Source: Tubulanus polymorphus
Lineage: Eukaryota; Animalia; Nemertea
Length of the DNA: 64,000 nucleotides
Assembly (NCBI RefSeq): GCF_964204645.1
Contig: NC_134030.1
Span: 3,452,778 to 3,516,777 of the forward strand
Reading direction: 5' to 3'
Both the position numbers and the translations under genes were made by a program. Shown one piece after another: positions 31,233 to 53,077 of this stretch (positions are counted from its first letter, which is position 1; each line of letters starts with the position of its first letter). A model generated the notes under the pieces. That model ran no database searches and was not told the origin of the DNA. It saw only the letters and a program-made list of their open reading frames with translations.

Positions 31233-34200
31233 AACATGAAAAACGTCCTCGCTTAGTTGCGCGCGCGTTATAAAATTTTAGTGACTCGAGAATCGTCTTC
31301 GAGATTCTTAGGAGAATTATTTGGTAGAAAATTGTAGATGCTTTCTTTCGAGCGTGAAATGCGTCGTATCATTAACGCGCACCTTTAGGTGGCATGTTTT
31401 CACTCTTATTAGGTCGTCGTATTGCCAGACGTGCTCAGAATTAGAAATATTAAGGTAAACACCAATATGATATGCATGTACTTAGTGAAACTATTTTAGT
31501 CGTATCGATAAGGTATTGTTTGCCTCGTCCCGGTTTGCTACTTAAAAATGATTATTCATATCGTAGCAATTTATGCATTTTTGACTTATCGGAGTTTTAC
31601 ATTGAACACATTGTGCTCCTGTTGTAATGGAGTTTAATATACGGCTAGAGAAAATTAGTTCCAGAAAACTTTTTGTGGAAGTTCCACTTATTTAGCGCGT
31701 TATAAGGGTGACTGAGTGTGCTTAATTCTAGAAAGAATATATACTGCCCCCATGAATCCCTATGCCATCATCATCTTTTCACCTACTGATTTGTTATGGG
31801 AGTGCTTATCACATATGCATACAGCACCGTAAGTCTTTGGTTTCATGTAGACAGATAGTCATTGAAATATTTGTGTACAAGATAGGAGTGAGTATGATAG
31901 CTTTCGCGAGCTAGGGCCATATACAATTTTGCTTACACGCTTAATGAAGCTCCCTGATAATATGGTTCAAGAACCAAAACTAGATGTACTGAAGTTAATT
32001 AATGATAATGATGTCATATGGGAAATGTGGTGTGTACGCTTGCTGACTCGTCTAGGTTATACTTGCTTGCCTTGTACATGGTACATGTATAAAAGGTCAA
32101 ACTATCATGGGCTTCAGCAAAAGACAATCATTAACATGAATAGATACGCGGTAGGTGGAAAGTCTGTATCGAAAAAGGTAGAAATTTAAAAAGCCTCGAG
32201 GCAATCATCAACTTTGTAAGACGATATTTCCCTGTTGAACTTGTTTCAGCTATGTTTTTGTACACTTAATGTAAATTACTTAAAATGTATTTGTCAGTCA
32301 TCTTAGGTGAAGTTTCTTAAGCCGAGTCTACTCCAAACAATGTCGACTACAATCATTGTTCTGTCTAAAAAAAAAGAAAAACTACTGTGGGATTATGTAA
32401 GGATTACAGCTACAGTAGACTCTTCCTAACTCGGTCCCAGTGTCGAATGGGTAAACCATTAAAACCACTGAATTTTATCAGAAAATCAATTTCCCCATAT
32501 CTCGGTTCGGTTACAGTCCCTACACTACCGAGTAATGCACAGTCTACTCTACGTCACAGATGGTGACGAGCAAATGCCATTCAGATTTCTGCAAATGTTT
32601 TCCGCACATGCCCGATTGCATGGTAAATGTTATACATTTAGTACACTGGAGATGAATGCGATGTTTACAGCAGTTATAGGAATTCCAATTCAGGGTTAAC
32701 ATTTCGTGTTGTTCTTTCCTAATTTGTCGGAACGTATGTTAAAAGATTGTTCGATGTTGAAATGATGGATGATGTTAAAACACCTGCTCATTAGATTTAT
32801 AAGTGAAAATCAATCTCAATCACCGGATCACAGAAGGGTGCTTTCTATGTACGTGTTTGATTTCAATGTAGCCTACTATGATTAGTTCATTTGAATTGAC
32901 ATTCATAGATTCGTTTTTGTAGTTCAGCAGTAGTACGTGAAGCTCTCTATAATAGTGTCATTTTGCGATCTCTCTCTCTCTCTCTTTTGTCAGTTTTCGG
33001 CTTCGTTCAAAACATTTAATTAATCGGTTTCATTATGTATCTATTGCTCTGATGTTCTCAGTTTATTTTTGTATAAAGTTGTCTTATGTGTTGATGAATT
33101 AATGTAAATTTACCGTAGGGTAAAATATACGAAAGAAAGGTCACCTATAATTATTTAATATGAAATATACAGTAATATGGAAGCATGTCATTTTCAGCAA
33201 TCATTGTGAATAAACCAATTTTACTTCAGAAAACATAATAGCGTTTTATTCATTATCAAGACTGGATTTGTATCGGGCTGTTTATCATACTCCTGAGTCA
33301 GAGATAATAGACTCATTTTGCGATCAATGGAACCATATTGGGGACCGGTATAGTGAACCAAACAACACGAGATCGCGTTCTTTTTACCTGGTAGATGGCG
33401 CACGCGTGTAAGACTTAACACGCATGATTCGCTCAACTAGAGCGTGAAAACAGTTCGTGTGGTTTGAAGATAGTTTGAATGAACCGGAACCGAATTTCCC
33501 AATTATGTACTTGAAGCTCTATCTATAAGTTTGGTTTTGAACCTGGGACGCAGGGTGTTTATCATCCTAAAACTCAGCATCAGAATCAGAAACAATTAGT
33601 TACGAATGATAGACTTGTTTTTAAGTAGTAAAATCCCAACATACAGAAAAGAAAAAGATTCAGTCGTCCAAGAATCAAACCACCAGACCGGGTTTGAACC
33701 TGAGGTGCACCTTTCCATCTTATCGGTATCGGGCCACTCGGAATCGTGGACTGGAACACAAAAGTATCTGCCAGTTTTAACGTGTTATAAGATTCGCGAT
33801 CAATGAACCGGGATCTAAACATGTAATAGAGTCCACTGGGACGGTTTACTGCACTTTTGATATCTTTCAGTATTTAATAATGTTGAATTCTGTACCTACG
33901 AATTATATTGCAGCCTATGGTGGAAATAAATTCATTCATGTTCATTGATGAATTACGATTGTACCACCGACTGGCATGTGGCTAGAATGGCATATCGCTG
34001 GTTCATAGCCGTTTGAACGGTTTGCGACAATAGCGCATCACTGAGTTGTTTCAGTTTTTATTCTGATGTTATGAATGTAGCTTTGTTCATAAAGAATCCG
34101 CACAGCTGTGGTGTTATATGGTTTGTTATATGAACAGCTGATCAATAGCAACCTCCTGTGCAGTTTGTCAATACGTAGTTGTCAATACATTGAAATCAGC

Positions 34201-36325
34201 CTCTCCGAACGATCAGCCAAAATCCAACATGTTACAGACAAGCATACGTCTGAGGTGAGGTCCTGAACACAGATGATTGAAGCCCGAACGATCAAATATT
34301 GGAAGAATGGTATCACATCATTCCAATTTCTTAATCAATGAATGTGTTTTCCTATTTTTGGAAATTCTTCTGATCTTTCGATCTATTAGGGTGATTTAAT
34401 AAATGTTACAGGGCTTTTTAACCTCCCCTGATTTCAACCCCTCAGACATACTTCATCGCCATTCTTTCGGCCAGACTTCGAACAATAACGCGTGGTGGAT
34501 GTGTTGACTGTTCCCAGGCTACTGATTGATACAGGCATATGTACCAAAGTATCGTTGATCCTCTTTGGGGTTTCCTCATCTCCGCACTGCCTCATACGAG
34601 GCACTTCCACGTTTAGGGTTTGAACCCAATCGCTGAGACCGGTTCACGACGGGATAAAAGGCGATGGAATGGGACCGAAGGAACTGAACACACAATAGAA
34701 CAGTGTGTTTGTCAATGAACTCGTGTCACAAACAATAAATACTGCAGCCGGAGAAAACACGAACACATGATGCATAAATCGGCTATAAAAATTATTTCTT
34801 TATTTTATAAAAATCAATCCATAGATTTTTTCTCACTTGGCAGTGAATGAGCAGAAATCGTATGATAAAATGCATTCTCAAAATGACACGCACACACACC
34901 ATACATAGATATATATATATATACTGAAATATTAACCATTCTAACCGGTTTACATGAATTTATAATCCGTTTTTAACTAGTGGTCATTCGTTGGTCAAAT
35001 TACTGAACGAATGAACTGACCTTCATACTACTGACCAGGTTGAGCAGGTTCATTAAGTTAATTCAAAGGTCATTTGAAATAAAAGACTGAAACTCATGTG
35101 ACAAGTCTGGTCATAGTCTGTTCTGAAAGGGTTGTCCTCTCGACCGAGAACCCAGTTCCACAATTGTTAGATTTTGTCTGATTTTATGAATCTAATTTGT
35201 TCCAGCCGAGTTCAGTGTTAATCTAGGACGAGGATGAAACTGAGTTGTCGATACCGAGGAGGAGAATTCATGATTTAACTTTATCTGCTCGACCAAACGT
35301 TAATCAAGAAACCGCTTCAGACACATACGTCATCGGATGAACAGTGATTGCTATATATTGAATATTGATCAAATCTAAATCAAACATCGGAGTCTGTAAT
35401 ACACTAACACCATCACTATATAGACTGACATACACACAAGATCTCTGCTTTCTTTTTATTTAACACCACACATAACACAGCCGTACATAGCAGGGGCAGG
35501 GGGGAAGCTGCGCCTAGAAATTTTGGAAAAGTGCCCTTTTTACTTATATTATCGTTATATCCAATAGAAATTCAATGCAGACTGATAAGCATTTTGTTAT
35601 AGGCCTAAAAGAGTTTCTTAGGGCATTTAAGAAGAATCGTTTCATTATATCGGTTTCTGACTTTGAGGTAAATGCCCTTTTTCAGGTTTCTCCAATCCCC
35701 TAACATTCAAATGGTAGGCACGGCCCGGGCATAAGCCACTGAATTGATAAGAATTGATGTTCCAAAAAAAGCAATTGGGAATTCACCCTCACAGTCATTC
35801 AAACCACACCTTTAACTAGATACCGTAGGTTTATACCCAGCGGGTTCTTAAACTAAATCACTGATTTCAGTACAATATTTCTGACAGACATAATTTTAGT
35901 TGACAACATTTTTGTGACACGGACATCCATCTCGCCGTAGTCAAAATTGTACATGTAAATATTTGCAGAGCATTTAATGCACAGAAAAGGTTGGCAGCGT
36001 AAAGTACTCTTTATTAGTCGCTAAACCTCGCTTTTTAGTAGCATTTCAACACACTTCAGTTTTAATTAATGACAAACCTGACCAGACAGACACAATACAT
36101 GACTCTCTCTCTCTCTCATACGGGATGAGAGTACGGCTAGATTAATTAGAACATCCATATATACATACAAACACACACGATAAATGACAATGATTTCAAG
36201 TATAAATCGATAGCATCAAAATATCTGATCAGTTGACAACAGATGAGATACATTTTCTTCCACACGTAACATTCAGATAATCGTCCATTCTTCACTGGGG
36301 TCTACCGTTGCAGGACAGGTATACA

Positions 36326-36418
36326 CGACGACATACACTCATCTACGTACGCGGTACATACACTCCGACGACATACACTCATCCACGTACACAGTACATA
36401 CACTCCGACGACATACAC

Positions 36419-36420
<2 letters not shown>
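36326..36420. repeat. 40-bp tandem repeat (~2.4 copies) abutting the POLR2H stop codon
   Basis: CGACGACATACACTC recurs at period 40. Confidence 0.85.
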
Positions 36421-44061
<7,641 letters not shown>

Positions 44062-45978
44062 TCAGATCGATATATATATATATATATAAATATATATCGA
44101 TCTAATACGCTCTGAATGAAGATATTGATAACGAAGTATCTAGGCTCACAGTAATAAACAGGGGGAAAGCGAGTGAATTCAAGTGTTTGCCGTTCTTAAA
44201 GTTCAAGTGTTCACTCTTCATTCGCACACGCAATGGAAATTTGGTGACAATGGAATCAACGGAGAATTTGACGCGACCACAAAATACCAGATCTCGCCCA
44301 CTCATGGATCGAAGCTTATGAAAGTCGCATTAATTCAACATTCGGTTGAATTTTACTTCATGAGTTTATATAGTTCAATTTTGATATTTCAATCTTCAGT
44401 CAAATTCTATTGGAAAATCTTGTTTTTTGAAAGATATATTTTTCATTTTTTTCAATATTCTTCACTTTTAATTCTTAATGTAAATTTTTCATTTCCACAT
44501 CTTACTTTGTAAATATTTCATCCGATGATTTAAAGAATAAAGTCTTGTATTTTTCTAACTAAGTATTTACACTTTTAGTTATCGTTTAGTATTTTAGCTT
44601 AATAAAACTCACTGTTCACTCAACTATTTAATTCAATCAAAAATGAAATACTGAAATAAGTCTTTAAAAAACTTTTAAAATGTGCATTTCTAGTAAAAAT
44701 TACTCATATAATCTATACCTGATCCAAACTAGAGATCAATAATTGTGTTATTAAGGTTTTGGAATCTAAATGAGAAAAAATTTTGCGATCTCGAAATTTG
44801 AGATTTTCACCAACTACTAAAACTGATATAATCACTATTCGACTTTCAATATTTACCTCATTATGAAACTTTAAAATTCCGTCCAGAACAATTTCAAAAC
44901 GTCTCTAAGCGTCGCGTTCATTCTAGCCAGAAAACGTCATGACGCCATTTTAACCTCTTCGACAATCGAAAAATATCGAGCTTCGAGTTAGCTTCGAAAT
45001 ATTCCGTGGTATATAAATAAGTCCTCGGCGAAACAGTCTTCAACATCGTCGCGATAGTCGTGTGACTTAGAGAAATATCGATGATCGAGGTTGTAAGCTG
45101 TAGATGTTTCCGGAATGATTACTGCGCAGTGTACTGATGACACAACCAGCTAACCTAACCACTAATATATGATATGGCAACTCAGGCTCGGGCAGGTCGC
45201 CGCTATAGATAGCTACTGGCCTGGAGAACGAGACCAAATTCAACATGTCACAGATTATTGTATCTAACAAACATTCAACGGCTGCCAATATCAACGTGCA
45301 GGATCGGGCCGAATGCATAACAACGGGCATGTCGACAATACGCGCACAATCGGAATACGCGCCCGGTCCTGCTGCCCGTGCGTCCGTGTGCCAGCGCGGG
45401 ACCTCTTAATCTACCGGAATTCAATGCATGCCTCGTTAAAAGCTTTTGTATATGCTCTCTCTACACTGTGCACATATACTAAACTCTATAAAAGCCTTGC
45501 ATATTAAAAAGGCGTTCTTGAGCTTGTGCTCTCAGAGAGTCCCAGAAACAAAGACTAGTAATTATTCGATCTCATTAGCGAGCAATTAATTACAACTCGA
45601 CTTAATTACAGGCACTGACGAAATATACTTAAAATTAAACCTAATTTTTTCTAAATTTCATCTAATTCATAGGTATAGATTTTTATTTAAATTTCCTGTA
45701 ATTCTAGGTTTTCGGTTACTATTAGATTTTCATGTAGTATTGAAAAAAGCTTCAACTTGAAAGAAAAACTCACAGTCACAGATGAAGGCCGTACAATTAA
45801 CAATACACGCCATAAGTGCATAAATGAATATTTCTTATAAGACGTTTTTAACATTGTCTAACTTAACATTGAACTCATTGGTGAAATACAGATTGATAGA
45901 TTATATTACCTATTATATGCAAATTTAAAAGATCAAAAACGATATTTATTTATCAAGAATTAGAATTGAAATTTAGAA

Positions 45979-46017
45979 GACACAGTGTTTCGGACTTTTT
46001 CTAGTGACCATCATCAG
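45979..46017 (-). mobile_element. Hammerhead core remnant (Penelope-type), stem I not formed
   Basis: Minus strand reads CUGAUGA-U-GGUCACUAGAAAAAGUCC-GAAA-CACUGUGUC, followed ~28 nt later by AATAAA. Confidence 0.55.
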
Positions 46018-48427
46018 ATTAGAGTTAAAATCAAGGTGCAGGGTAAGAAAAAGGTAAATTCAATTCTCAGAACCAATACTTGTTGAATTGTTGATGTAAT
46101 TGTTCCGTTGCCACTGTACGTGGTACGTGGTTTAACTACCTATCCAGTAAGATAGAAACCTGGAATATCTGTTCACACAAGGGTTACAATATTCCGGCGC
46201 ATAGATGCTTAACTCAAGATATTTATGAACTGTCACAACCACTTATAATATGCATATAAATGCATAAGCATTACTGCGAAGGACATTATATATCAATACT
46301 CTTGACATTTTCAGGGGAGTAAATTTAGATTTATTCTCTGGGAGTCGTTGCTGTTCACAATGACGGGTGTCGCTTTTGTAATAAAACTGGGGTGACTTTA
46401 GTAAAGAATCTACAGATAATATCCCGAAATGATCGCGCCCACATAGTCGCTATAGCATTGAACGTGTCATTTGACGATAATGCAGTGAACGTATGCCCCT
46501 CTCTGATTAAACAGGTTTTAAACATGTCTTTGAAACGCGCACCGGGTCTCGTGAATGCTTTAATAGTTTTTTTCAATTCATTTTATGATATCGCGCCCGG
46601 TCCGTACAATAACGCTGAAATTCACCGATCCTGAACCTTCGCGTTCTAACAGCGTCACCCCGGGTTACGAGCGCGTACAACAGGGATAGGCCTGCTAACC
46701 CAGTCAATGCGCAGATTTTTTTTTGTTCGAGGCAGTTCTTGCCCGTTGAGCGCCGCGTGACGACATACTTCGTTATAAAGAAACTCGTGAACTTCACTTG
46801 CTCCGGTTTTTTTCAAAACGAGAAAAACCGGTTTCATCGCCACAAAAGGCGCCGCAAGAATTCGATCTAAAACGTCTTGAAAACGATTCCGAAATTATTC
46901 GAAAAACTCGCGGAGATCGATCAATAAACGAAGAGCGTCGACAATAAATTCTCGTTTCTGTCATTTTTCGAATATAAAAGCTCGAAGTATAAAAGTTCGA
47001 AACTGGCCCGAGCGAAAATAAACAGACCTTTCTATAAAAATAGAAACACAACTGATTCACAAATACTTTGAACTCTAGCACAAAACGATGATCGCAAGTA
47101 AAGAAATAAATCAATGTGGATATAGATTGAAGGCAGTTTTCATTCTATTCATGATTTCTGTGAAGTAAAATATTTTTGTTCTCTCAACTTCTACTCAGTC
47201 ACTGGTGACACTTTCCCTCATTCACAAATTTACCCGAGTTCTCTCCGATTCTTTCGAGTGAATCTGCTGTAGGTGAATAGAAACATTACTGGGTTTAAGA
47301 TGTTACAACTCATTCATTTGTCATAGGACCACGTGATTGATTAAGAAGACATGTGGTCAATAGTATATCTAAATTCTATGAGTTTTCCAGGTTTTTAGTA
47401 AATCCCCTAAATTTTCATTACGCTTTTCTGACTCCCAGCTGCGAGATTCTCAGTATCAAATCTAAGCTTTCCCCCACAAAATCCCGGTCACAAATACTAT
47501 GTATATATGTCATCATCATTGTAGTTAAATGTTTGGTTAATGATTCAGTTATTAATAAACCAGTGGATTAAATTCGTCATGTACATCGTACACAAGCGTC
47601 GTACATATGAATTATGTACAATATTTGTCGGTTCAATTATGACGTTAATCAAATGTTGAGGTGATCGTTGAGTTGTTAATTACATAACAGTTTGTGATTT
47701 AAGTACATAATTAAGTCAAACAGTACTATTGCTCAAATACCCGGTTATTAATATTATCAGCGCTTCGAGGTCCAAATCACAATAGCTCTTGAACGGTACT
47801 AGTCCATTCCTGTCACCCAATAGGTCAGGTCAATTTGTGGACTCCGTATTAGATATTATACGATAAAAGTACTGACAAATATATCGCTCGCCTGACAAGA
47901 TTGTTCTATCGATAAAAATACTTCAATTAATACGCCGTCATTATTGTCTTTTCTAAGTTAAGGATGAGTGAAAACTGAAACACGTCGAATCAAAATACAG
48001 GAAATAGGTGAGTAAGGTCAAGCATACAGCCTTCTGTTAACCAAATAAACCCATTGTTCTCAATATCTTAAAATTTATAATTATAATTACGGACTTTCGG
48101 ATATGACTTAAAAATATTGTATGATGTACACTTTATATTATTACTCCTTTAATCTTCTCTTTTTCAGAACAAAATCCATTTACATCCGCATTCGTTTTTT
48201 TTTTTTTTTTTGAAAAGGCAGATCAGCAGTTGAAAGAGTTCTAGCGACGAGCAGCTATTACAACAATAGCCTTGACGAGGAAGAAAAAATAGCTGGCAGT
48301 TGATAAACAACGGCAGACAACAAACACAAATAGTTGCACTAATTATAGCTGAACGAACATACTTTAAACCGTGCTGCTACACACAGCTATATCGCAGGTA
48401 AGTATAGAATCAGAACCCTGAACATGT

Positions 48428-48486
<59 letters not shown>
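48428..48486. repeat. (CAG)~20 trinucleotide repeat, intronic
   Basis: Pure CAG run. Confidence 0.95.
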
Positions 48487-48487
<1 letters not shown>

Positions 48488-51400
48488 TACACCACTCTCT
48501 TAACAAATAAGAAAACATTTATATAACCACATAACCCAAAGCTATAGTCAAATTAACCACACAACTCACAGGTGTCGGCGAAATATATTATAATCATTCA
48601 CTTAATAGCGATACAGTATTCTTTATAAAGCTGGCAATTCTATCAAAATTCAAATATTACAAACTATGATATGAATATCAAGGGTGAAAAATGACAGAAA
48701 AGTCTCTTTTAGGCGTAGATTTTCAAAAGTTTTCCGGTTAGGGCCACAGACCGCCGCCATCTATAGCGCTTAAATGGCCAAAGACACCCTTTTCAAATCA
48801 AGCATCCATTTCAAATTTCATGTCAACCCAATTCAACAAAAAATCCTAGATCTACTGTTGAATTATAATAGAAACAGGCGTCAATACTGCGGAAATCGAA
48901 TAACTTATTTCTACAAGATGCCGTGTGAATTGTTTTTGAAGGCACTGAACTCTCCGTTCGACCCACGGATCAGAGGTTTCAAATGATAAAATCAACTCGA
49001 TGAACAGCAGCAGCGTAGTGATAAAATCAATATCGCCATGCATTATTATTTGAGCTATTGGTTTTGATTGATCATTAGATATGTGTGGTATCCATAGTGC
49101 TCAGTATTATTATTACATTAATAAAACAACTTATTGACGGTGTTTGAACTGAACCTAAATTACAGACAAAACATCCTGGTCCTCCCTCCGGGCTAAATAA
49201 CAGGCATATCGATCACACAGAGCCAATTTGGCCCAGGTTTAACAGGACCAGATCAGGCCCGAGTCAAATTTGGCCCGTGTTTAATCAGACAGTGCTTTCA
49301 CACATAAATCACTGACTCGTTACTGAGTCACCCATCAAGGGATTCGAACCCACTACGCTAAAGCTGTTCTCCCCTTGACCTCACGAGTCGTTGGAGTCGT
49401 TACTAGCCGACCAGAATCCGGTCGTACCAATCACAGCGCTTGTAACAAACCGTCAGTAGACTTCTGTTGGTTTTCCCGTTAAATTGACCAATCAGCGAAC
49501 GTTTTACCGAACAAGGAAGTATTTCGCAAATCGATATATGACGTCATGCGCAACAGCGCCAGTAATGAAATCACGCTTCGTGAGGCCAGGGGGCTGGTGG
49601 AAGCGAGTTCGGGAGTGATACCGGACCCCTGGCAAGCGAGGATGAGGTTGGGCCTATTTTGGTGCGCTTCATTTGGCACCAATGTGAACAGTTGACCCGG
49701 GTTTAATCCAACATGGGCCAATTTTTGCCCGGATCAAAATTGATTGCGTGATCGACAAACGTTACTTTATACACCGATATCCCTAGTGAGAATAGTGGCC
49801 ATGTATGGATGGGAATTAAACACAAGACACAAAATATCGAATTATTTCCGTCCCTGGTCGAGTCTCACCAATACAGTTCATTCAGGTTATTTAACTCTCT
49901 AAGACATTCACCAATTTATCTCGATGAGTTCTACTATGTATCAGTTTCAGTCAGCAGTCACGCTGACTCTCGACACAATTAGATCTCGGTGCTGAGTTGT
50001 TTGATTTGCGTTCTGGTCAGATATTGATCGTACGACAGTAGAACCCGGTATCTCGTTAGACCGAGCTGAGAGACAACTTTGAGCGCCGTTCAGTAACCTA
50101 CCAATAATCTACATATTGAGTGCTACACAGATTAGTACACACCCAAATATCAATACCATATTTGTGCTAAATATAGCATCGATAAACCCCCCTCGTATTG
50201 ACTATAAATCTGATTAATCAGCCTAAGGTGTCTGGGTACCAATACATTCCATTCGTAAAGTTCTCCATAGGCCGGTATTTTCGAGGGATGCCTCCTCTCT
50301 TAAGCGTACAACATTGCGGATGCATTTGGTGGCAGTTTGGAGTCTCCCAAAAGAGCGTTGAAAATTAGGCATCATTTTAGTGTAATCTCTCACATTAACT
50401 CAGTACTGTATTACGTAATTTCTACCCTAAGCGATGAGTGAACATCGATCTCAACTCATGCATACAGGTAGTAGAGATTCCTACAGGACAGGCAGTTTTT
50501 CAGAGGGGTGGATGTTAAAATGGAACCGCTCGCGCTGAAGCGGAACACTGTATATATGTATCGTTTAAACATTGAATAAACTACTTTTCACCTCAACGAA
50601 ACATTTCACGCTTTATCTTTTCGCTCTTCATGTTTCATAAATGGTCAACTGAAACTATAGGCATCAACGAGAAAGAAGGGAAATCGAAAAGGCCACTTCT
50701 CCCGTAATGAACGTACTGCTTATTAAGAAATCAAGCAAATTTCGTATACATAATTCACCAATGGCTCCACTTTCCATTTGGAGTATGAATGCCACACATT
50801 AGATCAGTTAGATCAGTTAGTTCGTACCACTAACACTAATCCAGCCTCTCATATATAGATTTCATAAAATATTTCCCGATATTGAGTCCTCATAGAACAA
50901 CAGAAATATATACACGTAAATATATTTAATGTTTAATTACGAATACGAGCCGAACAGCTGAATCAATTTCATTAAATGATATCGCGTCAGATTGGCGGCC
51001 ATTTTAACTGGAAGCCGGATTTCCTAGAAACGCTAAATCGATACTGCATACGTCGATAATAGGTTTACATGAAAATAAAATAATATACGTACTAATCCCA
51101 GACGGACCGAGGCACCGGTTATTTCAATCGAGTTCACTTCGGATTGAAAATTTTATTTATTCGATTTGAATTACGCCGTGATCTTTCATTCGAGCCGAAA
51201 GCCGGGACGGAGAACGGAGAATCTCTCGAATTAACAATTCATCAGTAATCCGGAGATCGAGCTCTGAAGGCTTTTCGTTACCATAAATGCATAAATTCTT
51301 CGGAACAATTTATATTTGCGTACTCACTTCGTTTACTTATATACAATATGTATATGCGATACGGAACCCCGGAGACTACTCGCTGAGTGGAAGCTACTAA

Positions 51401-53077
51401 ATGAAGCATCATAAAACAGAATCTACTCCACCGGCGGCGGCCATTGTTTTAACCTCGTTATCCGTCGAACGGACGAGACCAGCAGCGCCGAGCCCGGTCT
51501 ATGCCCGCACATCTGTATCCTGTATGATAGATAAGGTCCGGTAAACGTAGTCGGCGAGTGTCGCTCTAACTGCGCGGCACCAGGTGGCTGTGACTACGTT
51601 CTCGTTCGTTTCACGACGATGGTATGGTATATACGGGAGAGAGAGAGAGAGAGAGAGAGAGAGTAACAGCTGGGTGAAGTCATCGGCGGCTGCATACGAC
51701 ACGACATATGCTGTACATACTATATACACATACTTTACATACAAGCTTAAATCTAATCGGCTCAATGGGAAAATATTTCCGGAAAAAAGAGACTAATTTC
51801 ATGAAAATATTCAGGAGTTCTTCCTTCGCTCGAAAGCCCTGATGAGGGGCACGTTTCACAGCGTACTGGGGTTAACACGTATTCATGAATGAATATACAA
51901 TCCCCCTATTCAGATTTCGAATTTGACATCCAAACAAATGCTCAGTTGCATCTGGTGATAATGTATTTTCTCGACCCCCACACGCTACCACCCCCCCCCC
52001 CCCATCTGGTAGTGTGATACTGGACTGAGCAGTACTCACCAACTTAGGCTCGATTCACCCCTGTATTTGTATTTTAGTTTTATCAGTATTATATAATACA
52101 CTTATTTCATAAGCGGCCATCTTGGATTTGTTAAAATTGTTACGTCTATCAAACATGGCAGCTTTAGTAGCGTGCAATAGGTGTACGAAGATGATCTATG
52201 AAAAAGTCCCTGGTTTAGTGATTTACATCGAGTTCATATTAGTTCATTTCTTATGTTCGATGTGGATGACAGTCATCTACTACTTTACATCAGCAACAAA
52301 ATTATAATGCGACATCGCATCAGTTTCTAGCCAGCCCTCCAATAACGAGGCTAATGCTGCTATAACTTTTGGTGCAGAATCATATATATTCGCATACTCA
52401 GTATGATCCACGATAGACAAGACTTTAACGCCACATTTTAAAGATTTGCATTAATTGATGAATATGCGAGGTCACACTCTCTCGTGCGGATTAGTGTAAA
52501 TCAATGCACTTTGTGACTCGGGCTATGAATTTTCCGATGGTTCTCCTCATATTTATCACATATGCTCAAATGTTACGAATTCATATGTGTTCCCACATGA
52601 ACTGTTAGATTAAAACGGCATCAGCTGGAAATGTGAAATCACCTGATGACGCATGCGTGGATAGGGGATGTCGACGTGACGTCATTTCAATTATGGGGGA
52701 AATGGAAAAATCGAGGAAAATTGGGTCCAAAAGAGAAAAGGTGTCAAGCCTGAAGTAAAGCAATCATGCAGTAGTTGTCCAAAAACCAACACGTATTTTG
52801 TAAGAAATCTTAGCATAAGAAAGAATGCAAATTCTGAAAGGATTAGTGTCAGAATATGCAGGTATTGGCAATACAGTCGTAGTCTTGAAAAAAGGTGCCA
52901 ACCCCGAGACCGCTCTAGATCCATCCTGGATTGCGATTATAACTGGGCTGTTACTTAATAGAAGCACGAGAATATACGACAAAATTCATACAACGCTAAT
53001 CACATTTCTGATTACGTCCAAAGCAAATGACTTTACATAAGATTTCCCTTCAAATGTCTCAATTAAGGGCAGTAACA

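Noticed and set aside
34264-34767. miR-317 seed matches on the minus strand (34264, 34685, 34761)
   Set aside because: They lie beyond the probable poly(A) site at ~34780, and the nearest doubles as a GU-rich downstream element.
49570-49660. HDV-like ribozyme (minus-strand UCCUCGCU loop)
   Set aside because: P1, P1.1 and P3 pairings could not be built.
51831-51850. CGAAAGCCCTGATGAG hammerhead-like words
   Set aside because: Only 3 nt separate GAAA and CUGAUGA, so stems I and III cannot form.
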